Of a DNA stretch of 32,764 nucleotides, positions 17,253-25,440 are shown one piece after another. Numbering within the stretch: the stretch's first letter is position 1; each line of letters starts with the position of its first letter. Position numbers and translations under genes: made by a program. The notes below the pieces were generated by a model. It made no database searches. It was not told the origin of the DNA and worked only from the letters and a program-made list of their open reading frames with translations. Source of the DNA: Anaerolineales bacterium (GTDB taxonomy: Bacteria > Chloroflexota > Anaerolineae > Anaerolineales > Villigracilaceae). Location: NCBI GenBank assembly GCA_035250835.1, contig DATFET010000271.1, forward strand, positions 1 through 32,764, read 5' to 3'.

Positions 17253-17376
17253 TCCAAAAGCAAGTCCCGCCGTTCGTGCCGCGAAGCACGGCGGCAACGA
17301 TGTTGAATGTCCGCGGGCGGGTTAGATGTCCCGCGGTTTTGTTTGTCTGAAAATTGTTGAAAGGAGTACAACGGCA

Positions 17377-17607
17377 ATGCCTCGCAAAGCAAAGGCAAGC
17401 GGAAAACTTAAGCTAAAGACCCACAAGGCAACCTCAAAGCGATTTCGCCTCACGGGTTCCGGCAAGGTGGTCCGCACCAAAGGCGGCAAGAGTCACTTGC
17501 GCCGACGCACGTCAAAGCGCACCAAGGCGCAGTTGACGGAAATGCACGAAGTAAAGGGCAGCAAGATCATCAAGCGTGTCAAGCGCCTTGCGCCTAACAT
17601 GAGCTAG
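17377..17607 (+). CDS. rpmI: 50S ribosomal protein L35
   Basis: KLKTHKATSKRFRLTGSGK...SHLRRR; AAGGAG RBS; start reassigned to MPRK. Confidence 0.95.
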   Translation: MPRKAKASGKLKLKTHKATSKRFRLTGSGKVVRTKGGKSHLRRRTSKRTKAQLTEMHEVKGSKIIKRVKRLAPNMS

Positions 17608-17733
17608 TAGCGGTGGATTCGTCCCACCCGCGAATATCGTATCCAATTTTTATTTGCGGCTTTCGGGTGTATGCAACTGGTGATGGCGTCAAGGCGCCCC
17701 ATCGACGCCCGCGAGTTTGCAGGAGGCAAACCA

Positions 17734-18075
17734 ATGCGTGTTAAGGGAGGCCCGCGAGGGCATCAACGTCACAAGAAAGTTTTGAAGATCACTAAGGGAC
17801 AGCGCGGCGCCAAGCACCGTCTGTTCAAGCGTGCGAATGAGGCCATGCTCAAGAGTCTCTGGTACGCGACCCGTGATCGCCGCGTGCGCAAGCGCGATCT
17901 CCGCAAGTTGTGGATCGCCCGCATCAACGCCGCGGCCCGCTTGAATGGAACCACCTACAGCCGGCTGGTTTCGGCGCTCAAGAAAGCGAACATCGAGCTC
18001 AACCGCAAGATGCTGGCAGACATTGCCGTCCGCGACCCGCAGACTTTCGCAGCAGTGGTCGCAAAGACCAGGTAG
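17734..18075 (+). CDS. rplT: 50S ribosomal protein L20
   Basis: MRVKGG...[26 protein letters not shown]...[11 protein letters not shown]; AGGAGG RBS; start reassigned. Confidence 0.97.
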   Translation: MRVKGGPRGHQRHKKVLKITKGQRGAKHRLFKRANEAMLKSLWYATRDRRVRKRDLRKLWIARINAAARLNGTTYSRLVSALKKANIELNRKMLADIAVRDPQTFAAVVAKTR

Positions 18076-18080
18076 AATTT

Positions 18081-18114
18081 GTAGAGCGAGACCATGGTCT
18101 CGCTCTACGTTTTT
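18081..18114 (+). repeat. GTAG-type REP-like perfect palindrome, possibly also acting as terminator
   Basis: 28-bp perfect palindrome GTAGAGCGAGACCATGGTCTCGCTCTAC followed by GTTTTT. Confidence 0.7.
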
Positions 18115-18125
18115 AAGGGGGTAAA

Positions 18126-18716
18126 ATGTTTTTTATGAATACAGTTCTTGCAGAACATATCTTTCCCAAGGGCCAGAAAATTCAGATCGTCCAGGGTGAT
18201 ATCACTCTAGAAGAAGTGGATGCGATTGTCAACGCGGCCAATGAGCAGTTGCAGCATGGCGGCGGTGTGGCGTGGGCGATCTCGAAGAAAGGCGGACCTG
18301 CCATTCAGTTGGAGTCAGATCAATGGATTCGCCAGCATGGGCCTGTTCGTCATTCGCATCCCGCCTGGACCTCGGGCGGACGCCTGCCTGCGAAGTACGT
18401 GATCCACGCTGTAGGCCCGGTCTGGGATGACACCCAAAGTGCGGGTGCAGGCGGCGGCGAGGACAATAAACTATCCGATTCCGTGGCCGGTTCCCTGCGC
18501 GTTGCCGACGAGTTGAATTGTTCGTTCATTGCGATGCCTGCCATCTCAACGGGAATTTTTGGCTTCCCAAAAGACCGCGCAGCAGAGATCATTTTTTCGG
18601 CAATTGAAGATTACTTTGAAAGTTATTCATCAGACATAAAAATCGTAAAATTGGTTTTGTTCGATCAATTAACTGTTGATATATTTATAAACATCTGGGA
18701 TAAAAGGTATGGATAA
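18126..18716 (+). CDS. Macrodomain protein (YmdB/MacroD-like ADP-ribose binding or hydrolase)
   Basis: GDIT, AIVNAAN, HGGGVA, VIHAVGP, MPAISTGIFGFP; the true start may be 18135. Confidence 0.93.
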   Translation: MFFMNTVLAEHIFPKGQKIQIVQGDITLEEVDAIVNAANEQLQHGGGVAWAISKKGGPAIQLESDQWIRQHGPVRHSHPAWTSGGRLPAKYVIHAVGPVWDDTQSAGAGGGEDNKLSDSVAGSLRVADELNCSFIAMPAISTGIFGFPKDRAAEIIFSAIEDYFESYSSDIKIVKLVLFDQLTVDIFINIWDKRYG

Positions 18717-19302
18717 TAGAAATAGATGGCAAGTTGAATTTAAAGGCCCTTTTTCATGGCTGGGACATGAAGGCACAGTGTCAATTTTTGATGCCGAAGA
18801 AGGGAAAAAAGCCGGTATTTACCTGTGGACTGTCCAGTTAGAAGACGGTGAATTAGTCTATTATGTTGGAAAAACAAATCGCTCCTTTTCGCAAAGAATG
18901 AGAGAACATTTTAAGGAACATCTCGCGGGCTTTTATCATGTATATTCACCAACAGAATTTAAAAGAGGCGAAAAAATCCCTCTTTGGGACGGAATGCATC
19001 TTCGCTATAAGAGCCCAAAACTGCCCAGTCTTGCTGAAAAATATCTGACCATTTCGGGCCAAATTATTGAGTTGGCAAAAATATATCGTTTTTTTATCGC
19101 TCCAGTGAAAGCTGAAAAACGAATTTTAGAGAGAATTGAATTCGCTCTCGCCAAGCACTTGTATAAGCAACCTGGAATTATAGGGGAATTCCAGATACGG
19201 GGTTTAAATTATCGTTCAAGACTTGTAACGGAACATCCTGAGATAACTTTATTTAGCTCATCATCGAAGATATTGGGGTTACCTGAATCACTTGAAATTT
19301 AA
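18709..19302 (+). CDS. GIY-YIG superfamily putative nuclease
   Basis: AGIYLW...YYVGKT...QRMREH, with a candidate catalytic Glu in ERIE and Asn in GLN; AT-rich relative to neighbours. Confidence 0.7.
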   Translation: MDNRNRWQVEFKGPFSWLGHEGTVSIFDAEEGKKAGIYLWTVQLEDGELVYYVGKTNRSFSQRMREHFKEHLAGFYHVYSPTEFKRGEKIPLWDGMHLRYKSPKLPSLAEKYLTISGQIIELAKIYRFFIAPVKAEKRILERIEFALAKHLYKQPGIIGEFQIRGLNYRSRLVTEHPEITLFSSSSKILGLPESLEI

Positions 19303-20073
19303 ATGATCACTTCATCGCAAAACTCAAAAATTAAGCTGGTCCGTGCATTGCTTGGGCGTGCGAAGGAACGTCATGAGGCAAATGCATTTGTCGTGGAGGG
19401 CGTCAGGCTGGTGGAAGAAGCGGTCAAAAGCAATTGGAAAATTCAATTTGCGCTTTATGACGAAACGTTAAATGATAGGGGAAAGTTGCAGGTTGAAGGT
19501 TTAAAGTCGCGCGGCGTTGACGTGGAAATGGTCTCCGAGAGTCTGATGAAATCCTTGAGCGAGACCGAAACTCCCCAGGGGATTCTCGCAGTTCTTCAAT
19601 TTTTCAAGTTACTAATTCCCAATCAACCAGATTTTGTCCTCATCCCCGATCAGATCCGTGACCCGGGCAATCTTGGCACGCTGCTCCGCTCCGCCGCGGC
19701 AACCGGAGTGCAGGCTGTCCTTCTGCCTCCCGAAACAACAGATGCCTTTGCGCCGAAGGTCCTCCGCTCGGGGATGGGCGCGCATTTCCGCTTGCCGATC
19801 CATTCGATGTCGTGGGACGAGATCACGGAGCAAACAAAAACCCTGCAAATCTATCTTGCGGACATGGACGGTCCATCCTGTTGGGAAACGGACCTTCACA
19901 AGCCACTGGCACTGATCGTTGGTGGAGAAGCAGAGGGCGCAAGTGAGCAGGCCCGCAAACTGGCACATCAGCAAATCAGCGTCCCGATGATAGGCGAGAT
20001 TGAATCCTTGAATGCAGGAGTTGCCGGGTCGGTGCTTATGTTCGAGGTAGTCAGACAACGTTCAAATGTTTAA
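19303..20073 (+). CDS. TrmH/SpoU family RNA 2'-O-methyltransferase
   Basis: MITSSQN, VEG, TETPQGI, DPGNLGTLLRSA, GGEAEG, ESLNAGVAG SPOUT motifs. Confidence 0.93.
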   Translation: MITSSQNSKIKLVRALLGRAKERHEANAFVVEGVRLVEEAVKSNWKIQFALYDETLNDRGKLQVEGLKSRGVDVEMVSESLMKSLSETETPQGILAVLQFFKLLIPNQPDFVLIPDQIRDPGNLGTLLRSAAATGVQAVLLPPETTDAFAPKVLRSGMGAHFRLPIHSMSWDEITEQTKTLQIYLADMDGPSCWETDLHKPLALIVGGEAEGASEQARKLAHQQISVPMIGEIESLNAGVAGSVLMFEVVRQRSNV

Positions 20074-20099
20074 ACGTTCCAGGATTACAACAAGATAAC

Positions 20100-21335
20100 A
20101 TGAAGATCCGTTCCATCACCTATTTCTGCAATCCCCAATATCCGCTGGATGAAAAGACTCTTCGTCAGGCCGCGACATTTCTCTCTGATGCCAAATCTGC
20201 CTACGAAGCTGCGGGATATGAAGTGCAGACGGTTCGGCTGGCGACCATTCCATTTCCAGAGTTGTTGGGCGAAGAAAATATCCAGCGGCTGCCGGAACTT
20301 ACCAGCCAGATCGACGAGATCATTCAGCAACTCGGGATTGGCTATGTTTCGCTGGGACCGGCGTTGCCTGGACTACCACAGAGTTATGAAGTGATTCCCG
20401 ATGCGATTTTTGTGTCCAGAAATGTTTTCTTCGGGGGAGTCATGGCGGGCAGTACAGACAGCAAGCTGTCCAACTCCACAATTTATCCCGCCGCCATCCG
20501 CGCCTGTGCAGAGGTGATCGTTAAGTGCGCAGCACTCGAACCCAACGGATTCGCCAATCTGCAGTTCGCCGCGCTGGCAAACGTCCGGGCAGGCGCCCCG
20601 TTCCTGCCAGCCGCGTACCACGACAGTGATGAGCCTGCTTTCGCGATCGCGACGGAATCAGCTGATCTGGCAGTGCATGCCTTTGAGAATGCAAAAACTT
20701 TGGAAGATGGAAGAAATGCATTGGTTTCTGAAATTACCAGACACGGACAAGCCATCTCACAAATTGCACAATCCATCCTCTCCGGTCTCCATTTACCCAG
20801 GTTCAACGGCATAGACTTCTCCCTCGCTCCCTTCCCCGATGATGCCCAATCGCTTGGGAATGCTGTCGAGAAAATGGGGGTTCCCCGGATTGGCCTTCAT
20901 GGTTCTCTGGCTGCCGCAGCGATTCTCACCGAAGCCATCGACCGCGCCGATTTCCCTCACACAGGCTTCAGCGGATTTATGCAGCCGGTGCTTGAGGACT
21001 CCATCCTTGCGAAGCGCGTCGAGGAAGGGACGCTCACGATCAAGGATGCATTGCTCTATTCGGCAGTATGTGGAACAGGGCTGGATACCATCCCGCTGCC
21101 GGGGAATATAACTGCTGAACTATTGGTTCCATTATTACTTGATTTGAGCGCACTGGCTTTGCGGCTGGATAAGCCTCTCACGGCGCGTCTCATGCCCATC
21201 CCCGGCAAAAAAGCGGGTGACGAAACGAACTTCGACTTTGCGTTCTTTGCCCCAAGCAGAGTGATGAGACTGGAGTCAGCCCCATTAAATTCCCCATTCA
21301 ATCAAAATGAAGTTCTGCAAATCAGGAAACGTTAG
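20100..21335 (+). CDS. DUF711 (UPF0210, PFL-like fold) family protein
   Basis: MKIRSIT, PFLPAAYH, GIDFSLAP, GFSGFMQPVLED, YSAVCGTGLDTIPLPG, KPLTARLMP motifs. Confidence 0.8.
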   Translation: MKIRSITYFCNPQYPLDEKTLRQAATFLSDAKSAYEAAGYEVQTVRLATIPFPELLGEENIQRLPELTSQIDEIIQQLGIGYVSLGPALPGLPQSYEVIPDAIFVSRNVFFGGVMAGSTDSKLSNSTIYPAAIRACAEVIVKCAALEPNGFANLQFAALANVRAGAPFLPAAYHDSDEPAFAIATESADLAVHAFENAKTLEDGRNALVSEITRHGQAISQIAQSILSGLHLPRFNGIDFSLAPFPDDAQSLGNAVEKMGVPRIGLHGSLAAAAILTEAIDRADFPHTGFSGFMQPVLEDSILAKRVEEGTLTIKDALLYSAVCGTGLDTIPLPGNITAELLVPLLLDLSALALRLDKPLTARLMPIPGKKAGDETNFDFAFFAPSRVMRLESAPLNSPFNQNEVLQIRKR

Positions 21336-21377
21336 AAAGCAGCAGGGTTAAACGTTCGAACGTTCCACCTGCAACCT

Positions 21378-23177
21378 TTAAACCTTCAGTTTCCACATTT
21401 TGAACGGCTCATCGAATCCTTTCACGTCACCTGCAAAGGAAGTCAATGCGGACGCTGCGGCATTCTGGGCCAGAAAATCCCGTACTTCAGGATCCTCATA
21501 AAAAGTATCTGAAAAAATCATCTCTCCACCCTCCGAAAAGCTGGGCAGGCGGGCAGTGATGTTGACTGTCGAACCGAAATAATCCAGCCGGTCATTCAAA
21601 TTGACCACAATACATGGACCTCTGTGAATCCCAACCTTGAGCCACAACATCGGCTCGCCACGTTTGGCAATTTCAGCCTGCGCCTTCCAGACCGCTCGCA
21701 GCGCGTCTATCGGACGGCGGAAGGTTGCCATGACGGCGTCGCCCATAGTCTTGACGATAGATCCGCTCTCGCTGGCAACTGCATTCTCCAGCACCTGGAA
21801 GTGCTCACGCACGCGCCCAAAGGCGGAGGCATCACCGATCTGACGATAGAGACGGGTTGACTCGCGCAAATCGGTGAACATCAGGGTGACGGAACCGATC
21901 GAAATTTCCTCGCCCGGTCTCAGAACCTCGTGTGCAAACAGATCGCGAAAGACCTGCAACGCGGTCACGTCCGCGGCAGTGGAGGCCTGGTCGCTCCAGG
22001 AAGTACGCTCGAGCTGAAAGTTGGATTCCGCGTCCGTAGCATTGACCAGGTTCAAGGTGGGTTGAAGCGACACGTATCCCTGTTCGGGAGGCCACCCAAA
22101 GGATGAAACGCGCAGGTCAACTTGCGCAGTTCCAGCTGCATCTGCAAACAGTGAAATCGAGCCGGGCACCTTGGAGGCGCGCAGAGTGTAGCGTCCGCGC
22201 TCGAGCTGCAGCTGCACGGGCAGTGAATGAAGCGCGGACAGGGTCTGGGACATCACAACATGCGGCTGTAATTGCGGGCTGCCCGCACAAAACATGGCCT
22301 CAAAATCCACCGCGCGCACCGATGGATTGGGCTTGAAGACCACTTCGATGTTGTGATCGAAGTTCACAGTAAAGTCGATCTGACAGGTGTTGCAATGCGA
22401 CCTGCCGCGCACCTCGCCAAGATTTGTGTGCCCCTCTGTGATGCCGCGGCAGGACGGGCAGAGCAAATCCCAGGACATATCAAGAATGCCGGCCCGTGTG
22501 GCGCGCAGGAACATCTCGAGCACGGCGTGGCGGTTCTCCTGCCAATGATCGGCAAGAGCGTAGGGACGGATGCGCTGGAGCGCCAGCTCATCGGCGTTCT
22601 CAAAATACTCCTCGAGTCTCGTAATCAGGACTGGATCCGTGCCCTGCTGGATCACCTGCTCGCTCAATGACCTGAAGCGGGCGCGTCCCGCCGCGCTCAA
22701 TCCACGCGGACGGCGGGTTAGGATGACCGCTTCACCTCGGTCTGCAATCTGGTCATACATGCGGAAAGCTTTTTCAAATCTTTTTTTCGCAATGACGCCG
22801 ATAATGAATGGAATGAGCGGTTGGACAAAAATATTGCTGACCGTGAACGACGAGAAATATGTGAGGCGCGTACCGTTGTTCGGCAGACGCTCGAAATTCG
22901 CCTGAGTGCGCATCGCGTCCACCGGACCTTTGCTGTACAGCCGTGAGACTCCGAACGAATACGGATAGGTCCACTCGAACGGTTCCTCCTCCCATTCCAC
23001 CCGCAGGATTGGCAGGCGCATCCGCATCTGCTTCAAACCCTTGACGTTGCTCAATATTTCCACTTCCGGCTGACCGGTATCACGGTTGAACCGGTTCGTA
23101 TCCGCCGCAAACGGCCAGATCGCTTCGGGAGGGGACTCCAGGTCCCACTGCCAGGAAAAATGGAATTCTTTGGTCAT
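21378..23177 (-). CDS. Soluble class III adenylate cyclase with SRPBCC-like N-terminus and central Cys4 (DUF5939-like) domain
   Basis: FTDLRESTRLY, KTMGDAVMA, VGIHRG, DYFGSTVNITARL (metal Asp pair, ATP-selecting Lys/Asp, Asn/Arg); CPSC...CNTC; no TM helices. Confidence 0.88.
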   Translation of the reverse strand: MTKEFHFSWQWDLESPPEAIWPFAADTNRFNRDTGQPEVEILSNVKGLKQMRMRLPILRVEWEEEPFEWTYPYSFGVSRLYSKGPVDAMRTQANFERLPNNGTRLTYFSSFTVSNIFVQPLIPFIIGVIAKKRFEKAFRMYDQIADRGEAVILTRRPRGLSAAGRARFRSLSEQVIQQGTDPVLITRLEEYFENADELALQRIRPYALADHWQENRHAVLEMFLRATRAGILDMSWDLLCPSCRGITEGHTNLGEVRGRSHCNTCQIDFTVNFDHNIEVVFKPNPSVRAVDFEAMFCAGSPQLQPHVVMSQTLSALHSLPVQLQLERGRYTLRASKVPGSISLFADAAGTAQVDLRVSSFGWPPEQGYVSLQPTLNLVNATDAESNFQLERTSWSDQASTAADVTALQVFRDLFAHEVLRPGEEISIGSVTLMFTDLRESTRLYRQIGDASAFGRVREHFQVLENAVASESGSIVKTMGDAVMATFRRPIDALRAVWKAQAEIAKRGEPMLWLKVGIHRGPCIVVNLNDRLDYFGSTVNITARLPSFSEGGEMIFSDTFYEDPEVRDFLAQNAAASALTSFAGDVKGFDEPFKMWKLKV

Positions 23178-23401
23178 GAGGAATGGATGAAGGGAAGCAG
23201 TGGAATTTTACAGTTAAAGTCATATAAATACCATTGCGAAACAGGTAACGGTTGTGATTTACCGCTTGTCGTATAAATAAGTTTACTTTTTATACATGCT
23301 TGTAGGTTGAAATTCATATTTCAAGTAAAGTAAATAATGCGGCACTCAGTAATTTTTGGAACGAAGGCAAAGTATGAACTGCCCTGCAGGAAAATCTTTC
23401 A

Positions 23402-23444
23402 TTAACAAGACTTTAACTTTGGCAATTTTTTCTTATGATATAGT
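23402..23444 (+). promoter_or_regulatory. Pho-box-like direct repeat and extended -10 upstream of the response regulator
   Basis: TTAAC at 23402 and 23413 (11-bp period); TG-A-TATAGT at 23436-23444. Confidence 0.6.
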
Positions 23445-23459
23445 TTGTTAACAATTCTT

Positions 23460-24170
23460 ATGCCTGAAACCATACTCGTCGTTGAAGACGAACCTGCGCT
23501 GCGCGATACCCTTTCCTATAACCTCCAAAAGGATGGGTTTAGCGTTGAATCTGTCGGGGATGGACGCGCTGCGCTCGATAGTGCTCGCAATATCAAGCCT
23601 GATCTGATCATCCTCGACCTGATGCTCCCGGAAATAGATGGCTTCGAGGTCTGCCGCATCCTGCGCAGGGAGATGACCACTCCCATCCTGATGCTTACCG
23701 CCCGCGACGACGAGATCGACCGCGTGGTTGGTCTGGAGGTCGGCGCGGATGATTACCTGACCAAGCCCTTTTCGATGCGTGAACTGGTGGCGCGTGTCAA
23801 GGCGCAGCTGCGACGATCGCGCCTGTTGCGTGAAGAACTGGACAAAGTTGCCGAGGCACAGGCCAGACAGGAAAAACTGGCTTTTGGGAATCTCACCATC
23901 AATCTGACACGGCGCGAAGTGACATTGAACGAGCAGCCGCTGCAGCTTAAGCCTCAGGAATATGAGCTGCTGCTCTTCTTCGCAGAACACAAAGGACAAA
24001 TGCTCTCACGTGAATTTATACTGGAGCGCGTCTGGGGCTGGGATTTCATCGGCGACAGTCGCACGGTGGATGTCCATGTGCGCTGGCTACGGCAAAAGAT
24101 CGAAGAAGATGCCAGTGAACCGCAACGCATCGTCACGGTACGCGGGGGCGGGTATCGGTTTGAAGGATGA
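23460..24170 (+). CDS. phoB: OmpR/PhoB family response regulator, likely PhoB/PhoP
   Basis: [44 protein letters not shown]; sits in a phosphate cluster; ATG at 23460 preferred over TTG at 23445. Confidence 0.85.
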   Translation: MPETILVVEDEPALRDTLSYNLQKDGFSVESVGDGRAALDSARNIKPDLIILDLMLPEIDGFEVCRILRREMTTPILMLTARDDEIDRVVGLEVGADDYLTKPFSMRELVARVKAQLRRSRLLREELDKVAEAQARQEKLAFGNLTINLTRREVTLNEQPLQLKPQEYELLLFFAEHKGQMLSREFILERVWGWDFIGDSRTVDVHVRWLRQKIEEDASEPQRIVTVRGGGYRFEG

Positions 24171-24203
24171 ATAAAGAATAACCGCTGATGACGATTTAGC
24201 AGT

Positions 24204-25421
24204 ATGGATTACATCTTTATCTTTACGATCATTTTATTCATCATCGCTGCAGGTTATGCATGGCGGTATTACAAACTGCGCCGCGAGATCGATGAATATG
24301 CCAGCCATGCACGGGAACAAAACACCGAGACACGGGTCAGGGAACTCCAGAACCTGTCCAGCGCGGTCAGCCTGCTCATCTCAACCTTCAACGTAAAGAT
24401 TTCAACGATCGACGACGAACGCGCCCGCCTGGCAACTGTCCTCGAGCAGATCACGGACGGCGTGCTGATCGCCGACGCGCATGGGATCATTCAATTCGCC
24501 AACCCGGCCGCGGGCAGTCTTTTCCAGACATCGAATCCTATTAACCGCAGCATCGCCGAGGTGGTCCGTCATCACCAGCTTGTGGAGGCGTGGCGGCGCT
24601 GCCAGCAGACCCGCCAGTTGCAGAGCGAATCTGTGGAAGTTCCAACCCGTCATCAATATCTACAGCTTGTCGTCATCCCCGACCAGCACTCGAGCGGTAG
24701 CCTCCTGCTGGCCCAGGACCTGACGCGCATTCGCCGCCTCGAGACCGTGCGGCGCGACTTTGTCAGCAACCTCTCGCATGAACTGCGCACGCCGCTTGCA
24801 TCCCTGAAGGCTCTCACTGAAACCCTGCAGGACGGCGCCCTTGACGACCCTCCCGCTGCCCGTCGTTTCATCGACCAGATCCAGATCGAAGTGGATGCGC
24901 TTTCCCAGATGGTGACCGAATTGCTGGAGCTTTCGCGGATCGAATCGGGCCGCCTCAGCCTGGACCTGAGACCGGTCGCCGCGCACGACCTGCTGGACTC
25001 TGCTAGCAATCGGATGAGGCTGCAGGCTGAGCGCGCTGGGCTACGCCTGTGCATGGAATGCGCAGAAGGCCTGCCGAAGGTCCAGCTTGATATCCAACGC
25101 CTGGAGCAGGTACTGGTCAACCTGATCCACAACTCGGTCAAGTTCACGCGCCCGGGCGGAGAGATCGTTCTTCTGGCGGAAGCAGGAATCGGTGAGGTCC
25201 GATTCGCTGTGCGCGACACCGGCATCGGCATCCCGGCGGACGACCTCCCGCGCATCTTCGAGCGCTTTTATCGGGTGGATAAATCCAGAGCGGGGAGCGG
25301 TACCGGATTGGGATTATCGATTGCCAGACATATCGTGGAAGCGCACAAGGGGCGGATCTGGGCAGAAAGTATTGAAGGGCAGGGCAGCACGTTCTATTTC
25401 ACTATCCCCACTATTGAATAG
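24204..25421 (+). CDS. phoR: PhoR-type sensor histidine kinase
   Basis: One N-terminal TM helix, PAS-like region, RRDFVSNLSHELRTPL, N box, DTGIGIP, FERFYRVDKSR, GTGLGLSI. Confidence 0.87.
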   Translation: MDYIFIFTIILFIIAAGYAWRYYKLRREIDEYASHAREQNTETRVRELQNLSSAVSLLISTFNVKISTIDDERARLATVLEQITDGVLIADAHGIIQFANPAAGSLFQTSNPINRSIAEVVRHHQLVEAWRRCQQTRQLQSESVEVPTRHQYLQLVVIPDQHSSGSLLLAQDLTRIRRLETVRRDFVSNLSHELRTPLASLKALTETLQDGALDDPPAARRFIDQIQIEVDALSQMVTELLELSRIESGRLSLDLRPVAAHDLLDSASNRMRLQAERAGLRLCMECAEGLPKVQLDIQRLEQVLVNLIHNSVKFTRPGGEIVLLAEAGIGEVRFAVRDTGIGIPADDLPRIFERFYRVDKSRAGSGTGLGLSIARHIVEAHKGRIWAESIEGQGSTFYFTIPTIE

Positions 25422-25440
25422 TTCCCATTTCCCTTCCATC

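Noticed and set aside
17377-17410. Short N-terminal extension of L35
   Set aside because: Real but minor; basic extensions are common in ribosomal proteins.
18126-19302. DarTG toxin-antitoxin system
   Set aside because: The macrodomain is a stand-alone YmdB-like type without a DarG C-terminal region, and the partner has GIY-YIG rather than DarT motifs.
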